Assembly: GCA_947626275.1 (NCBI GenBank)
Contig: CANQRL010000004.1
Coordinates: 10,370-74,369 of the forward strand
Reading direction: 5' to 3'
Source of the DNA: an uncultured Bacilli bacterium
Lineage (GTDB): Bacteria > Bacillota_I > Bacilli_A > RF39 > UBA660
Length of the DNA stretch: 64,000 bases
A program made the position numbers and the translations under genes. Under the pieces are notes generated by a model that was given only the letters and a program-made list of their open reading frames with translations, had not been told where the DNA came from and searched no databases. This document shows positions 55,983 to 64,000 of the stretch, in pieces (position 1 is the stretch's first letter; every line of letters starts with the position of its first letter).

Positions 55983-56444
55983 TTAACACCTTTTAGGATT
56001 CTCGACTATCGATTCGACAAAACTAGATAAACTTAGCAGTGAGATCTTCTCCTTGTGATATTTCCAAAAAGAATAACCCACTCTCTCCTCTTGCTCACGA
56101 AATGTATAATACGAATAAAATTGATTTTCAAGGATCATATCTTCTGCTTGATAAGTCTCTTGATTGTGAGGAAAAAGAGTGGCAACTACATTTTCACGGT
56201 AATAGAATTTTATCTGTTTAAATGTTCCTTGAATCGTAAAAGAATCAAGTGCATAATAGTTATTCAAATCAATTCTTTTTGTTCCCTTTTCCATCCAAAG
56301 CGTTTCTTGACCAGCTTGAATAGTTACTTGATTTCCTTCTACAACCTCAATATATCTTATGGGTTCCCAAACCCGATATTCATAAAAAGAAACAGGAATT
56401 TCTTGCTTGCACAAAAAAAATAATAACATAGTGAGTACATCCAT
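55983..56444 (-). CDS. hypothetical secreted/anchored protein upstream of spoIIAA
   Basis: start ATG 56442-56444 with GAGGTG RBS; N-terminal hydrophobic VLTMLLFFLC; no kinase motifs. Confidence 0.4.
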   Translation of the reverse strand: MDVLTMLLFFLCKQEIPVSFYEYRVWEPIRYIEVVEGNQVTIQAGQETLWMEKGTKRIDLNNYYALDSFTIQGTFKQIKFYYRENVVATLFPHNQETYQAEDMILENQFYSYYTFREQEERVGYSFWKYHKEKISLLSLSSFVESIVENPKRC

Positions 56445-56477
56445 TTCGTTCACCTCTACTATATTATTATTGTTTTT

Positions 56478-58142
56478 TTACTCATTTCCTTTTATCCATG
56501 CTTGATAACGTTCAAAGATGTGCTCTTTTCCAAGAATCGTCATAATGTCATATAAGTCTGGTGTCATAGATTTCGTCGTCAAAACAATTCTTAATACCAA
56601 ACTAATATCCCCAATATGTCCTTTATAAGCATCTGGATTTTCTTTATATTCTTTTACTTCTCTTGCATATCCAAACTCTTGCGCTAAATCCTTCATATGT
56701 TCAAACCACTCTTCTTTACTGTCTTCTTCATGATAGTACTTCTCCATATAAGCAGAAAGAATTTGGGCAATCTCCTTGGAATCGGAAATCGTTTGGAAAG
56801 GATACTCCTTCTCATGATTTGCATATAGTTCATCAAACATATACCATGTTTGCTCTTTGATATCAGAATAACAGCTATAATCTTTTCGTGGTTTTTTCTG
56901 ATCTCTTTCAATATTGAATACTTTTGTTGCATATTCAGGATGATCTTTTAAAACGTTATAGAATTCTGGATCATGAACTTCAGACCAATGAAGAAGTCCC
57001 TCATATACTTCCGTTGCCTTTAAACGACTGATATAGTTTTTAGAAATATTGAGTAGTTTCTCTACATCGAAAAGTCCACCACTACTAGACATCTTTTTAA
57101 AATCGAATGGAAAATCTGCTAACGTCTTATCTTTATTACAATCATACCACTGTTCAAAATTCGTATTGGCAAGAGTCATTAAATAGATCTTAACGGCCTC
57201 TACGGGAATTCCCTTTTCATGATAATAACTGACAGCTGCTTCTGGGTCTTTTCGTTTACTAAGCTTTCTTTTAATGCCATTTTCTTCTTTCATAATAGGA
57301 GAAATATGGGCATACTTAGGAGCTTTAAAGCCAAAAGTTTCAAATAATTGAAGATGAAGAGGAAGAGAACTCAACCACTCATCTCCACGAATAACATGTG
57401 TTGTTCTCATTAAATGATCGTCTACTAAATGGGCAAAGTGATAAGTTGGAAGTCCATCGGATTTCATAATAACAACATCTAAGTCATTCTCAGGAAACTC
57501 TAATGCCCCTTTGATTAAATCATGAGCCTTAATTTTATGTTCAAAATCTCCATGGGATTTCAACCGAATAATAAAGGTTTCACCGTTTTCAACTTTCTCT
57601 TTAATCTGTTCTGGTGTCAATCTTCGGCATTTAGCAAACCTTCCATAATATCCTATTCTCTGCTTTTTCTTCTCCTGTAAAAGTCTGGTTTCTTCTATCT
57701 CTTCTGCTGAGCAAAAACAAGGATAAGCCTTTCCCTGCTCTAACAAATATTTTACATAAGATTGATAGATATCTTTACGTTTGCTTTGTATATATGGACC
57801 GTAAAGTCCTTTCTCCTCTTCCTCGTTAATCATTCCTTCATCGATTTCAATTTCAAAGTTTCTTAAATCATCGACAATTCCTTTAACGCTATTTTCTACT
57901 AATCTTTTTTGATCGGTATCTTCTACTCTTAAGAAAAATACCCCATTGGTATCGCTAGCAACCTTTCTGGAAATAAAAGATTGGAACAAAGATCCCATAT
58001 GAACAAAGCCGGTTGGAGAAGGTGCGAAACGCGTAACTACTGCCTTTTCATCAAGATTTCTTTCTGGATACATTTTTTCATATTTACTAATATCAGAGTC
58101 TACACCTGGTAATAATAGATCTGCTAATTCTTTATTGGTCAT
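56478..58142 (-). CDS. gltX: glutamate--tRNA ligase (GltX-type, extended 554-aa form)
   Basis: RFAPSPTGFVHMGS (HIGH-region, GltX-like APSPTG), KLSKRK (KMSKS); GGAGGTG RBS. Confidence 0.7.
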   Translation of the reverse strand: MTNKELADLLLPGVDSDISKYEKMYPERNLDEKAVVTRFAPSPTGFVHMGSLFQSFISRKVASDTNGVFFLRVEDTDQKRLVENSVKGIVDDLRNFEIEIDEGMINEEEEKGLYGPYIQSKRKDIYQSYVKYLLEQGKAYPCFCSAEEIEETRLLQEKKKQRIGYYGRFAKCRRLTPEQIKEKVENGETFIIRLKSHGDFEHKIKAHDLIKGALEFPENDLDVVIMKSDGLPTYHFAHLVDDHLMRTTHVIRGDEWLSSLPLHLQLFETFGFKAPKYAHISPIMKEENGIKRKLSKRKDPEAAVSYYHEKGIPVEAVKIYLMTLANTNFEQWYDCNKDKTLADFPFDFKKMSSSGGLFDVEKLLNISKNYISRLKATEVYEGLLHWSEVHDPEFYNVLKDHPEYATKVFNIERDQKKPRKDYSCYSDIKEQTWYMFDELYANHEKEYPFQTISDSKEIAQILSAYMEKYYHEEDSKEEWFEHMKDLAQEFGYAREVKEYKENPDAYKGHIGDISLVLRIVLTTKSMTPDLYDIMTILGKEHIFERYQAWIKGNE

Positions 58143-58204
58143 AAAGACACCTCCAATATATTCATTCTATCATAAATAAGGAAAGAAAGAAAGGGATATC
58201 CTTT

Positions 58205-58243
58205 TTCTTTCCAAGAAAAAAGCTAAAGGAACATCCTTTAGTT
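58205..58243 (-). terminator. rho-independent terminator after clpC-downstream small genes
   Basis: ctaaagga-aca-tcctttag hairpin then U-run on minus strand. Confidence 0.55.
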
Positions 58244-58570
58244 TTACATTGTTTTTCCAGCCTCTTCTTGCTTTTCAATCCGAGAAGATAACATAGCTAT
58301 CTTCACAGATTCATTAAATTTCGTTTGCGTTAAAGCGATACTATCTGGATGCATACTAGGTTCTCCTACTGCCTCCTTTGAATTTGGTAACATCGCTGCA
58401 AAATCCTCTATCTCTTCTTCTGAACATTTTCCCTGACGAATCTTTTCTACATAAATAGAAGATAGCAAGTCTAATACATTGACAAAGTTTTCTGAATAAG
58501 TCGCACCAGATTCTTTCGATGCTGTGAAGTAGTTTAATTGTTCAAACGCGTCTTGTGTTTTTGTTGTCAT
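58244..58570 (-). CDS. hypothetical protein (108 aa)
   Basis: ORF start overlaps stop of upstream 179-aa ORF; no motif. Confidence 0.35.
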   Translation of the reverse strand: MTTKTQDAFEQLNYFTASKESGATYSENFVNVLDLLSSIYVEKIRQGKCSEEEIEDFAAMLPNSKEAVGEPSMHPDSIALTQTKFNESVKIAMLSSRIEKQEEAGKTM

Positions 58571-59109
58571 TAACCAACCTCCACTTCTAGCATTTTCTTA
58601 AAAATAATCTCCGAATCATTGTTAAAATAAGCATTAAATAGTACATCCTGACCAATGATTTGGCTGATTAGATTCGTAGCTAAAAGCTCTTCTTCATAAT
58701 CACAAGTACCTTCATTTCCTACTAGGAAATTTGCCAACATCTCTGTATATCCAATATTTAAAGCACGCAAACTACCATCTTTATTAAATCCATAGTAATC
58801 TTCATAAGAAGATATCATTCCAAGAATTCCCTTCATCATTAGATGATTGGCATCATACTCTTCATGAAGTTTCTTATTACTAAAGCAAATCTCGTTCTTT
58901 AATGAATCATATATCACTGGGCCTTTTCTTTCGAAAACCCCTATTTTCCCCAACTTCACATCTTTTATTTTTTCTTTTAATTTCTCTAGACTAACGTCTG
59001 GAAATTTTTGATGAAAAAGGACAGTAAGTTCAAACATCTTGTCTTTTATCTCTTCCGTTAGATTAGCGTTGGTAGCTAGATTGTTTCTTATTTCGTCTAA
59101 GATATCCAT
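58570..59109 (-). CDS. hypothetical protein (179 aa)
   Basis: ORF 69 nt downstream of clpC-like gene with no intervening terminator; no motif. Confidence 0.4.
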   Translation of the reverse strand: MDILDEIRNNLATNANLTEEIKDKMFELTVLFHQKFPDVSLEKLKEKIKDVKLGKIGVFERKGPVIYDSLKNEICFSNKKLHEEYDANHLMMKGILGMISSYEDYYGFNKDGSLRALNIGYTEMLANFLVGNEGTCDYEEELLATNLISQIIGQDVLFNAYFNNDSEIIFKKMLEVEVG

Positions 59110-59178
59110 CCTATCACCTTCATCTTAAACTCATTATATCATAAATTTAATTTTTGGCATAGTATTTTGAATTTTTTT

Positions 59179-61392
59179 TTAGTTTTTTGTCTGGATAGGA
59201 AGTTTTTGATAATATTTTTTTAAAAGAGTCGAAATTTGACGGGCTCCATATTCCAAAAAGTTACTTTTTTGAACAATTTCTTGCTTTTCCCTCATCGTTA
59301 AAGCCTTATAAGCCCTACCTTTCCTTTCTTTGACCTTCTGATCAATAATTTTATAAAGGGATTCTTCGGTTAACTTTTCAAAGAAGATAACACCTTCTAG
59401 CCGATTCATGAAAGGAACACCAAAAGTCTCATTTAGTTCCTCTAGTGGTTGACTTTTCTGTTGAAATCCCAATTCTTTTTTTTGGGATACATTCGTCGTC
59501 AAAAGGAGAATAACGTTGTGAAAATCAATTACATTGCCTTTCGAATCCTTTAGCTCACTATTATCTAGAATTTGAAAGAAAAGATTCCATACTTTGGGAT
59601 GGGCTTTTTCTATTTCATCTAAGATGAGAACACTAAACGGATTCGTTCGAATTTCTTCAAAAGCATGACAGGCATCATCATATCCAACGTATCCAGCTGG
59701 CGAACCAATCAACTTACTAATCGAGTGTGCCTCACTATATTCACTCATATCTAACCGGACGACATGATTGGAAAAAAGATGACCGAATTCTTCTGCCAAA
59801 AGGGTCTTTCCAACGCCACTACTGCCAGAAAATAATACGCCGTAACACTTGTGCTCTTCCTGATTTTGTAAATAGATATCTAGTAGTTCTGAGATAGCTT
59901 TCCTCTGCCCTATTACCTTGCGTTCTAATTGTTTTTGAAGTGTCTTTTTATTTTTAGAAGCATTTGATAATTCATAAATAGGCATATCGATTTTCATTTT
60001 TAGGACTTCTTCTAAATCCTTTTTATTCACGGTTCCATATCCTTGATGTGAGATTTCTAGTTCTAATTGATTCATTTCATGGCGAATGCGATTTTCCTTT
60101 TCCCGATAATCAATAGCCTTTTGAAAGTCCTGTTCAATAATCGATTCTTTCTTACAGTCAATCATCTCTTTTAATTGGGTGGATAACTCTCGATATTTCT
60201 TCACTTTCTTATTTTCTTTTAAATTGGCATGGGCGCATACTTCATCTAAGATATCGATTGTCTTATCGGGATTCTTTCTTTCAGATAAATATTTATCGGT
60301 CAAGTAAATGAGTTGATCTAGAATCTCCTCTGACATGGTGACGTGATGAAACTTTTCATAAATTGGCTTTAACCCTAGCAAAATATTTTTTACCGTCTCT
60401 AATTTTGGCTCTTCAATGAGAATGGTTTGAAATCTTCGATCAAGAGCTTTATCTGACTCCATATATTTCTTATATTCTAAAGTCGTAGTTGCTCCTATAC
60501 AATGCATTTTATTACGCGCTAAAGCAGGCTTTAAAATGTTGGAAGCATCAATAGCTCCTTCTGCTCCCCCAGCTCCGATTAGTGTATGAATTTCATCAAT
60601 AAAAAGAATGAAATCATCACTTTCTTCTATCTCTTTGATTAGCTTATTGATTTTATCTTCAAATTCTCCCCGATACTTTGTTCCCGCTACCAAAGAAGAC
60701 ATATCGATATTGATTACTCTTTTATTTAATAATTTACTAGGTACCTCCCCACTCACAATCCGTCTACTTAATTCCTCTACAATAGCGGTCTTCCCTACTC
60801 CGGCATCGCCGATAAGAAGAGGATTATTTTTATTTCTTCGTGTTAGAATCTCCATCATGCGTTTTAATTCTTTTTCCCGTCCAATGACCGGATCAAATTC
60901 ACCTTTACGAGCTTTCTCTGTAAAATCAACGCCTAGTTCTTCAATGAGTAATTTCTTCTTTTTTCCTTTCTTAGCTGGTTTTAAAATGAAATCGTGATAC
61001 ATCTTATCGATATCAATTCCCATGTTCATGAGAATCCTAATAGCAATGCCTTCTCCTTCTTCTAGCATTCCCATCAAGAGATGTTCCGTTGCCACCTCGC
61101 AGTTTAATTCCTTACTAATCTCAATGGCATTTCCAAAGATATTTTTAAGAATCGGAGTATATAAAAACCATTCGCTTTTCTCTTTTCCACATCCTATCGT
61201 CTTAATCAGCTCTTCTCGAAAGTTCTCATAGGATAAAGAGTATTCTTTCAGACGAGAGGAAATATTTTCTTTTGATTTCAAAATTGCTAACAAAAGATGT
61301 TCGGAACCAACATAAGGGTGTTTTAAAGATTGCATCTCTTGTTTTGCAATGGTAATTGTCTTTCTAGCCTCTTCTGAAAAATTTTGAAACAT
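59179..61392 (-). CDS. AAA+ ATPase, ClpC/ClpE-family Clp protease ATP-binding subunit (short M-domain)
   Basis: Clp_N repeats, D1 Walker [13 protein letters not shown]2 Walker [21 protein letters not shown] sensor, candidate ClpP loop LGF; AGGAGG RBS. Confidence 0.8.
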   Translation of the reverse strand: MFQNFSEEARKTITIAKQEMQSLKHPYVGSEHLLLAILKSKENISSRLKEYSLSYENFREELIKTIGCGKEKSEWFLYTPILKNIFGNAIEISKELNCEVATEHLLMGMLEEGEGIAIRILMNMGIDIDKMYHDFILKPAKKGKKKKLLIEELGVDFTEKARKGEFDPVIGREKELKRMMEILTRRNKNNPLLIGDAGVGKTAIVEELSRRIVSGEVPSKLLNKRVINIDMSSLVAGTKYRGEFEDKINKLIKEIEESDDFILFIDEIHTLIGAGGAEGAIDASNILKPALARNKMHCIGATTTLEYKKYMESDKALDRRFQTILIEEPKLETVKNILLGLKPIYEKFHHVTMSEEILDQLIYLTDKYLSERKNPDKTIDILDEVCAHANLKENKKVKKYRELSTQLKEMIDCKKESIIEQDFQKAIDYREKENRIRHEMNQLELEISHQGYGTVNKKDLEEVLKMKIDMPIYELSNASKNKKTLQKQLERKVIGQRKAISELLDIYLQNQEEHKCYGVLFSGSSGVGKTLLAEEFGHLFSNHVVRLDMSEYSEAHSISKLIGSPAGYVGYDDACHAFEEIRTNPFSVLILDEIEKAHPKVWNLFFQILDNSELKDSKGNVIDFHNVILLLTTNVSQKKELGFQQKSQPLEELNETFGVPFMNRLEGVIFFEKLTEESLYKIIDQKVKERKGRAYKALTMREKQEIVQKSNFLEYGARQISTLLKKYYQKLPIQTKN

Positions 61393-61448
61393 ATCTTTCC
61401 TCCTTCTATATTCTATGTTTATAGTGTGCGAAAAAATTTCTTTTTAAA

Positions 61449-61476
61449 CAAAAAAACTATTAGAAATTCTAATAGT
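61449..61476 (-). terminator. rho-independent terminator after cse60
   Basis: aactattagaa-att-tctaatagtt hairpin abutting stop; U7 on minus strand. Confidence 0.6.
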
Positions 61477-61641
61477 TTATTCATACATAATCAAGGCCGA
61501 AAAACAATATACTTGTTCCTCTCCAAAAATCGATACTGCCACCTGATATTTGATATCAATTACTTTGACATCTTCAATAAAATCATTAATGGCAGCTTCT
61601 AAATCTTTTTCATGACTTTCGTCAAATACTTTCACTTTCAT
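61477..61641 (-). CDS. cse60: sporulation protein Cse60-like (54 aa), not in ORF track
   Basis: rc translation MKVKVFDESHEKDLEAAINDFIEDVKVIDIKYQVAVSIFGEEQVYCFSALIMYE; AGGTGA RBS 4-5 nt before ATG 61639-61641; matches Cse60/YteV pattern (KVKxFDEEHEKDLE...IDIKYQV...YCFSA) as I recall. Confidence 0.5.
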   Translation of the reverse strand: MKVKVFDESHEKDLEAAINDFIEDVKVIDIKYQVAVSIFGEEQVYCFSALIMYE

Positions 61642-61689
61642 ACCATCACCTATTAGATGATAGCAAAAGAATTGTTCTAAGAATGTCGA

Positions 61690-62943
61690 CTAATATTTTC
61701 TGGTTCTACTAGTGAAAGATTTTCCTAAAGCAGGAGCATTGACTACATTTCTTGGATTAAAGGTACGAGAACTATATCCACTCCATGATAAATAGTCAAT
61801 CATATAGTGACCAGTTGCCATCTGTAAATGGACATGTCCTCCTGTTGAACAGTGATCCCATGTCTCAATACTTGGAACACCTCCACTTTTACCAATAACA
61901 GTATCGGAAGTGACGACATCCCCTACTTTTACTTTAATAGAAGCAAGGTGCATATAACCGGAGGTATACTTCTTTCCATTAACCGTATGAGCAATGTAGA
62001 CTTGGTTTCCTCCACAACTTAATTTGTTGTAAATAGCTACTACTCTACCAGCCGCTACCGAATAGACATTCGTATTGTGGGGAACAGCAAAGTCAATTCC
62101 TGCATGCCCCTCTGTTCTTTTTACACCATTTAACCAATAAGTTCTCATTCCATAGTTACTAGAAACACGTCCAGAGATAACTGGTCTAAAGAATGCCGTG
62201 TCTGGTGGAAGCTGATCAGGATGTTTTGCTAAACAAGCCTGATAATCTTCTGTTTCATCACATTTAAATTCTTTATATGTTTTTTCATAATTTTCTAAGT
62301 TTTTACGAATCGTTTTTAGCTCTGTTTCAATATCAACAGCGCCTTCTACCGTTTTACTTAAATCTACTCTTAGACTCGCTAAAGTCTTCTCTAATTCCTT
62401 CGTCTTGTTGTTTAACTCGACGACCTTATTGGATAATTGTTCTTTTTTCTCTTCGTTTTCTAAAATTAAATTTTGATATTCTTCAATAAGAGAATCATTA
62501 TAATCACTTAATTGCTCAGCGATTGCCATTCGATAGATAAAATCGGTAAAATCAGTTGCCGTAAAGACATATTCTAGATAGGCATCTTCTCCTGTTGCGG
62601 ATAGTTGATAGTAAGCTATAATATCCTTGATTTCCTCATTTTTAGCAGCAATATCCTTATTCGTTTGTTCAATTTCTGCCGTTAAATCCGCAATATCTTT
62701 TTCGATTCCCATCTTTTCTTTCGTAAGACGATTAATTTCGGAATTGGCTTTATCAATTTCGGCTTGAGTAGCCTGTTGTTCCTTCTTATTCTCCTCATAT
62801 TTCTTTTCCATATCTGCGAGTTCTTGACGCAAATCCTTTAACGATTTTGCTTCAATAGACGGAGTAAAATCAGGGAGAACAACTTGGCTTCCCATTAAAA
62901 CAACAATGAGTAATAGATAACTAAATTTCTTTAACAAACGCAT
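61690..62943 (-). CDS. secreted coiled-coil + M23 peptidase (EnvC-like peptidoglycan hydrolase/activator)
   Basis: signal peptide, about 200-aa coiled coil, C-terminal M23 with HAGIDF (HxxxD) and GGHVHLQ (HxH). Confidence 0.75.
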   Translation of the reverse strand: MRLLKKFSYLLLIVVLMGSQVVLPDFTPSIEAKSLKDLRQELADMEKKYEENKKEQQATQAEIDKANSEINRLTKEKMGIEKDIADLTAEIEQTNKDIAAKNEEIKDIIAYYQLSATGEDAYLEYVFTATDFTDFIYRMAIAEQLSDYNDSLIEEYQNLILENEEKKEQLSNKVVELNNKTKELEKTLASLRVDLSKTVEGAVDIETELKTIRKNLENYEKTYKEFKCDETEDYQACLAKHPDQLPPDTAFFRPVISGRVSSNYGMRTYWLNGVKRTEGHAGIDFAVPHNTNVYSVAAGRVVAIYNKLSCGGNQVYIAHTVNGKKYTSGYMHLASIKVKVGDVVTSDTVIGKSGGVPSIETWDHCSTGGHVHLQMATGHYMIDYLSWSGYSSRTFNPRNVVNAPALGKSFTSRTRKY

Positions 62944-62953
62944 AACACCATCC

Positions 62954-63589
62954 TTACTCCTTTAACTCTTTTCTTACTTGCTTATAATCGGCACAGTACT
63001 TTGCGACTAACTGCCAAAAAGCTTTCGAATGATCAAAGTGAACAATGTGACTAAATTCATGAATAATGACATAGTCTAATTTTTCCAAAGAATACTCAAT
63101 TAAATGGGTGTTCAACGTAACAGAATGATTCTTTCGATTATAAACGCCCCATCGTGTCTTCATCGAACGCATTTTTAATTGAGGAATTTTTTCTCCTTCT
63201 TCGAACCGATCCCATTGACTGAGATAATGCTCTTTAAAAATTGTTTTTATCTGAGAAGTTTTCCACTTTTCTAATTTTTCTATACTAGGAGTATAAATCT
63301 TATCTCCTTCTATTTCGATATCATCCATGATAGATACTTCAATTATATCATAAGCCTTTCCTAAATAAAAGAAGCTCTTCTTTTTCTCTAATTGAAAGGA
63401 TTTTCTATCTATCATTTTTTCTAGTGCTTTCTCGTTTTCCCGAAGCATTCTTTCAATATCTTTTTTGGTGCTCCACCGAGAAGCAGAAACATAAATTTTC
63501 ATATCATCTTTGACTCTAATATAAGAGTTTTTATTATTCTTCTTTTCAATCACTACTTCGTATTCTTGTCCACGAAGCGTATACGTCAT
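62954..63589 (-). CDS. YgjP-like zinc metallopeptidase (DUF45/M48-like, UTP pyrophosphatase family)
   Basis: C-terminal VIIHEFSHIVHFDHS HExxH motif typical of DUF45. Confidence 0.65.
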   Translation of the reverse strand: MTYTLRGQEYEVVIEKKNNKNSYIRVKDDMKIYVSASRWSTKKDIERMLRENEKALEKMIDRKSFQLEKKKSFFYLGKAYDIIEVSIMDDIEIEGDKIYTPSIEKLEKWKTSQIKTIFKEHYLSQWDRFEEGEKIPQLKMRSMKTRWGVYNRKNHSVTLNTHLIEYSLEKLDYVIIHEFSHIVHFDHSKAFWQLVAKYCADYKQVRKELKE

Positions 63590-63602
63590 AAAATATCTAC
63601 GA

Positions 63603-63989
63603 TTATCCTATCAAACCAATAACGGTAAGAGAAACAATGGTAATGACTGCTAAAAGAAGAACGAGTTTCCAAATATAAGATAGCCATTTCTGATAAGGGA
63701 TGTCTAAATAGCTAAGACCCGCTACCAAGAACAAACTCGTTGGTGCGACTAACTCTACCAAACCATGAACTAGCTGCATCGTTAAAACGGAAAGAGAAAT
63801 CATCGAAGCATCGAAACTATTAATCAAGTTAGACAATAGTGAAGATACCCCAAAATAATCTCCAATAAAATATCCATAAACGGCAGTTCCTAAAGCCGTA
63901 ATAGGAATCGCTAATTTTGTAATATGTTCATAAACAAATCCTATGATAGTAAGTAAAAAGCTAGAACCAGACTTCGATAAGATAACCAT
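63603..63989 (-). CDS. membrane protein, possibly partial (may extend beyond window end)
   Basis: four hydrophobic helices; reading frame remains open upstream of the Met at 63989 to window edge. Confidence 0.35.
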   Translation of the reverse strand: MVILSKSGSSFLLTIIGFVYEHITKLAIPITALGTAVYGYFIGDYFGVSSLLSNLINSFDASMISLSVLTMQLVHGLVELVAPTSLFLVAGLSYLDIPYQKWLSYIWKLVLLLAVITIVSLTVIGLIG

Positions 63990-64000
63990 GGCAAGAGAAG

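Noticed and set aside
60608-61231. two plus-strand ORFs (129 and 69 aa) inside the clpC-like gene
   Set aside because: They are antisense to a strongly supported AAA+ ATPase and have low-complexity Ser/Leu composition.
61393-61476. CtsR operator upstream of the clpC-like gene
   Set aside because: No GGTCAAA/TTTGACC heptad direct repeat was found in the upstream region.
61384-61602. 72-aa plus-strand ORF in the clpC-M23 intergenic region
   Set aside because: It overlaps the minus-strand cse60-like gene, which has a proper RBS, a terminator and a recognisable product. The plus ORF has neither.
1-64000. Mobile elements, prophage, CRISPR arrays, rRNA
   Set aside because: I saw no transposase, integrase, recombinase or terminal inverted repeats. 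No regularly spaced direct repeats with unique spacers occur, and the only tandem arrays are coding. No rRNA-like conserved stretches are present.

Overview
This is a visibly AT-rich, low-GC Firmicutes chromosomal segment, and almost every gene sits on the minus strand. It is a dense run of core genes with Bacillus-like synteny: gmk, addB-addA, a NatAB-like ABC-2 exporter, rseP-cdsA-uppS, ylqC-rpsP, miaB, thiI next to an alpha/beta SASP gene, ezrA, rpsD, tyrS, ylbN(yceD)-rpmF with tmcAL(ylbM) divergent, ftsEX, yitT, prfB, yebC, rnc, yidD, tRNA-Ser(GCU), gltX, a clpC-like gene, an M23 peptidase and a YgjP-like peptidase. Interleaved are clear sporulation genes (cotE, SASP, yunB, an unannotated cse60, and spoIIAA plus a SigF-like sigma with a dacF-like carboxypeptidase nearby), so the organism is an endospore former. 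I found no transposase, integrase, prophage, CRISPR array or rRNA gene. The most interesting items are: (1) a monocistronic 1351-aa cytosolic protein whose C-terminus carries an intact cGAS/DncV/OAS/GlnE-type minimal nucleotidyltransferase motif fused to about 1000 aa of unassignable helical sequence; (2) a spoIIAA-sigF pair with no spoIIAB anti-sigma kinase gene between or beside them; (3) a T-box leader driving a four-gene operon (HAD phosphatase, deoC, all-alpha NTPase-like, tyrS); (4) the classical +1 programmed frameshift in prfB, which must be annotated as a join; (5) a translationally coupled double-zinc-ribbon membrane protein with a TPM-domain protein; (6) a large surface protein with an imperfect (NTNTNS)n coding repeat and a zincin-like HxxxH motif lacking the catalytic Glu; (7) a 54-aa cse60 gene missed by the ORF track.
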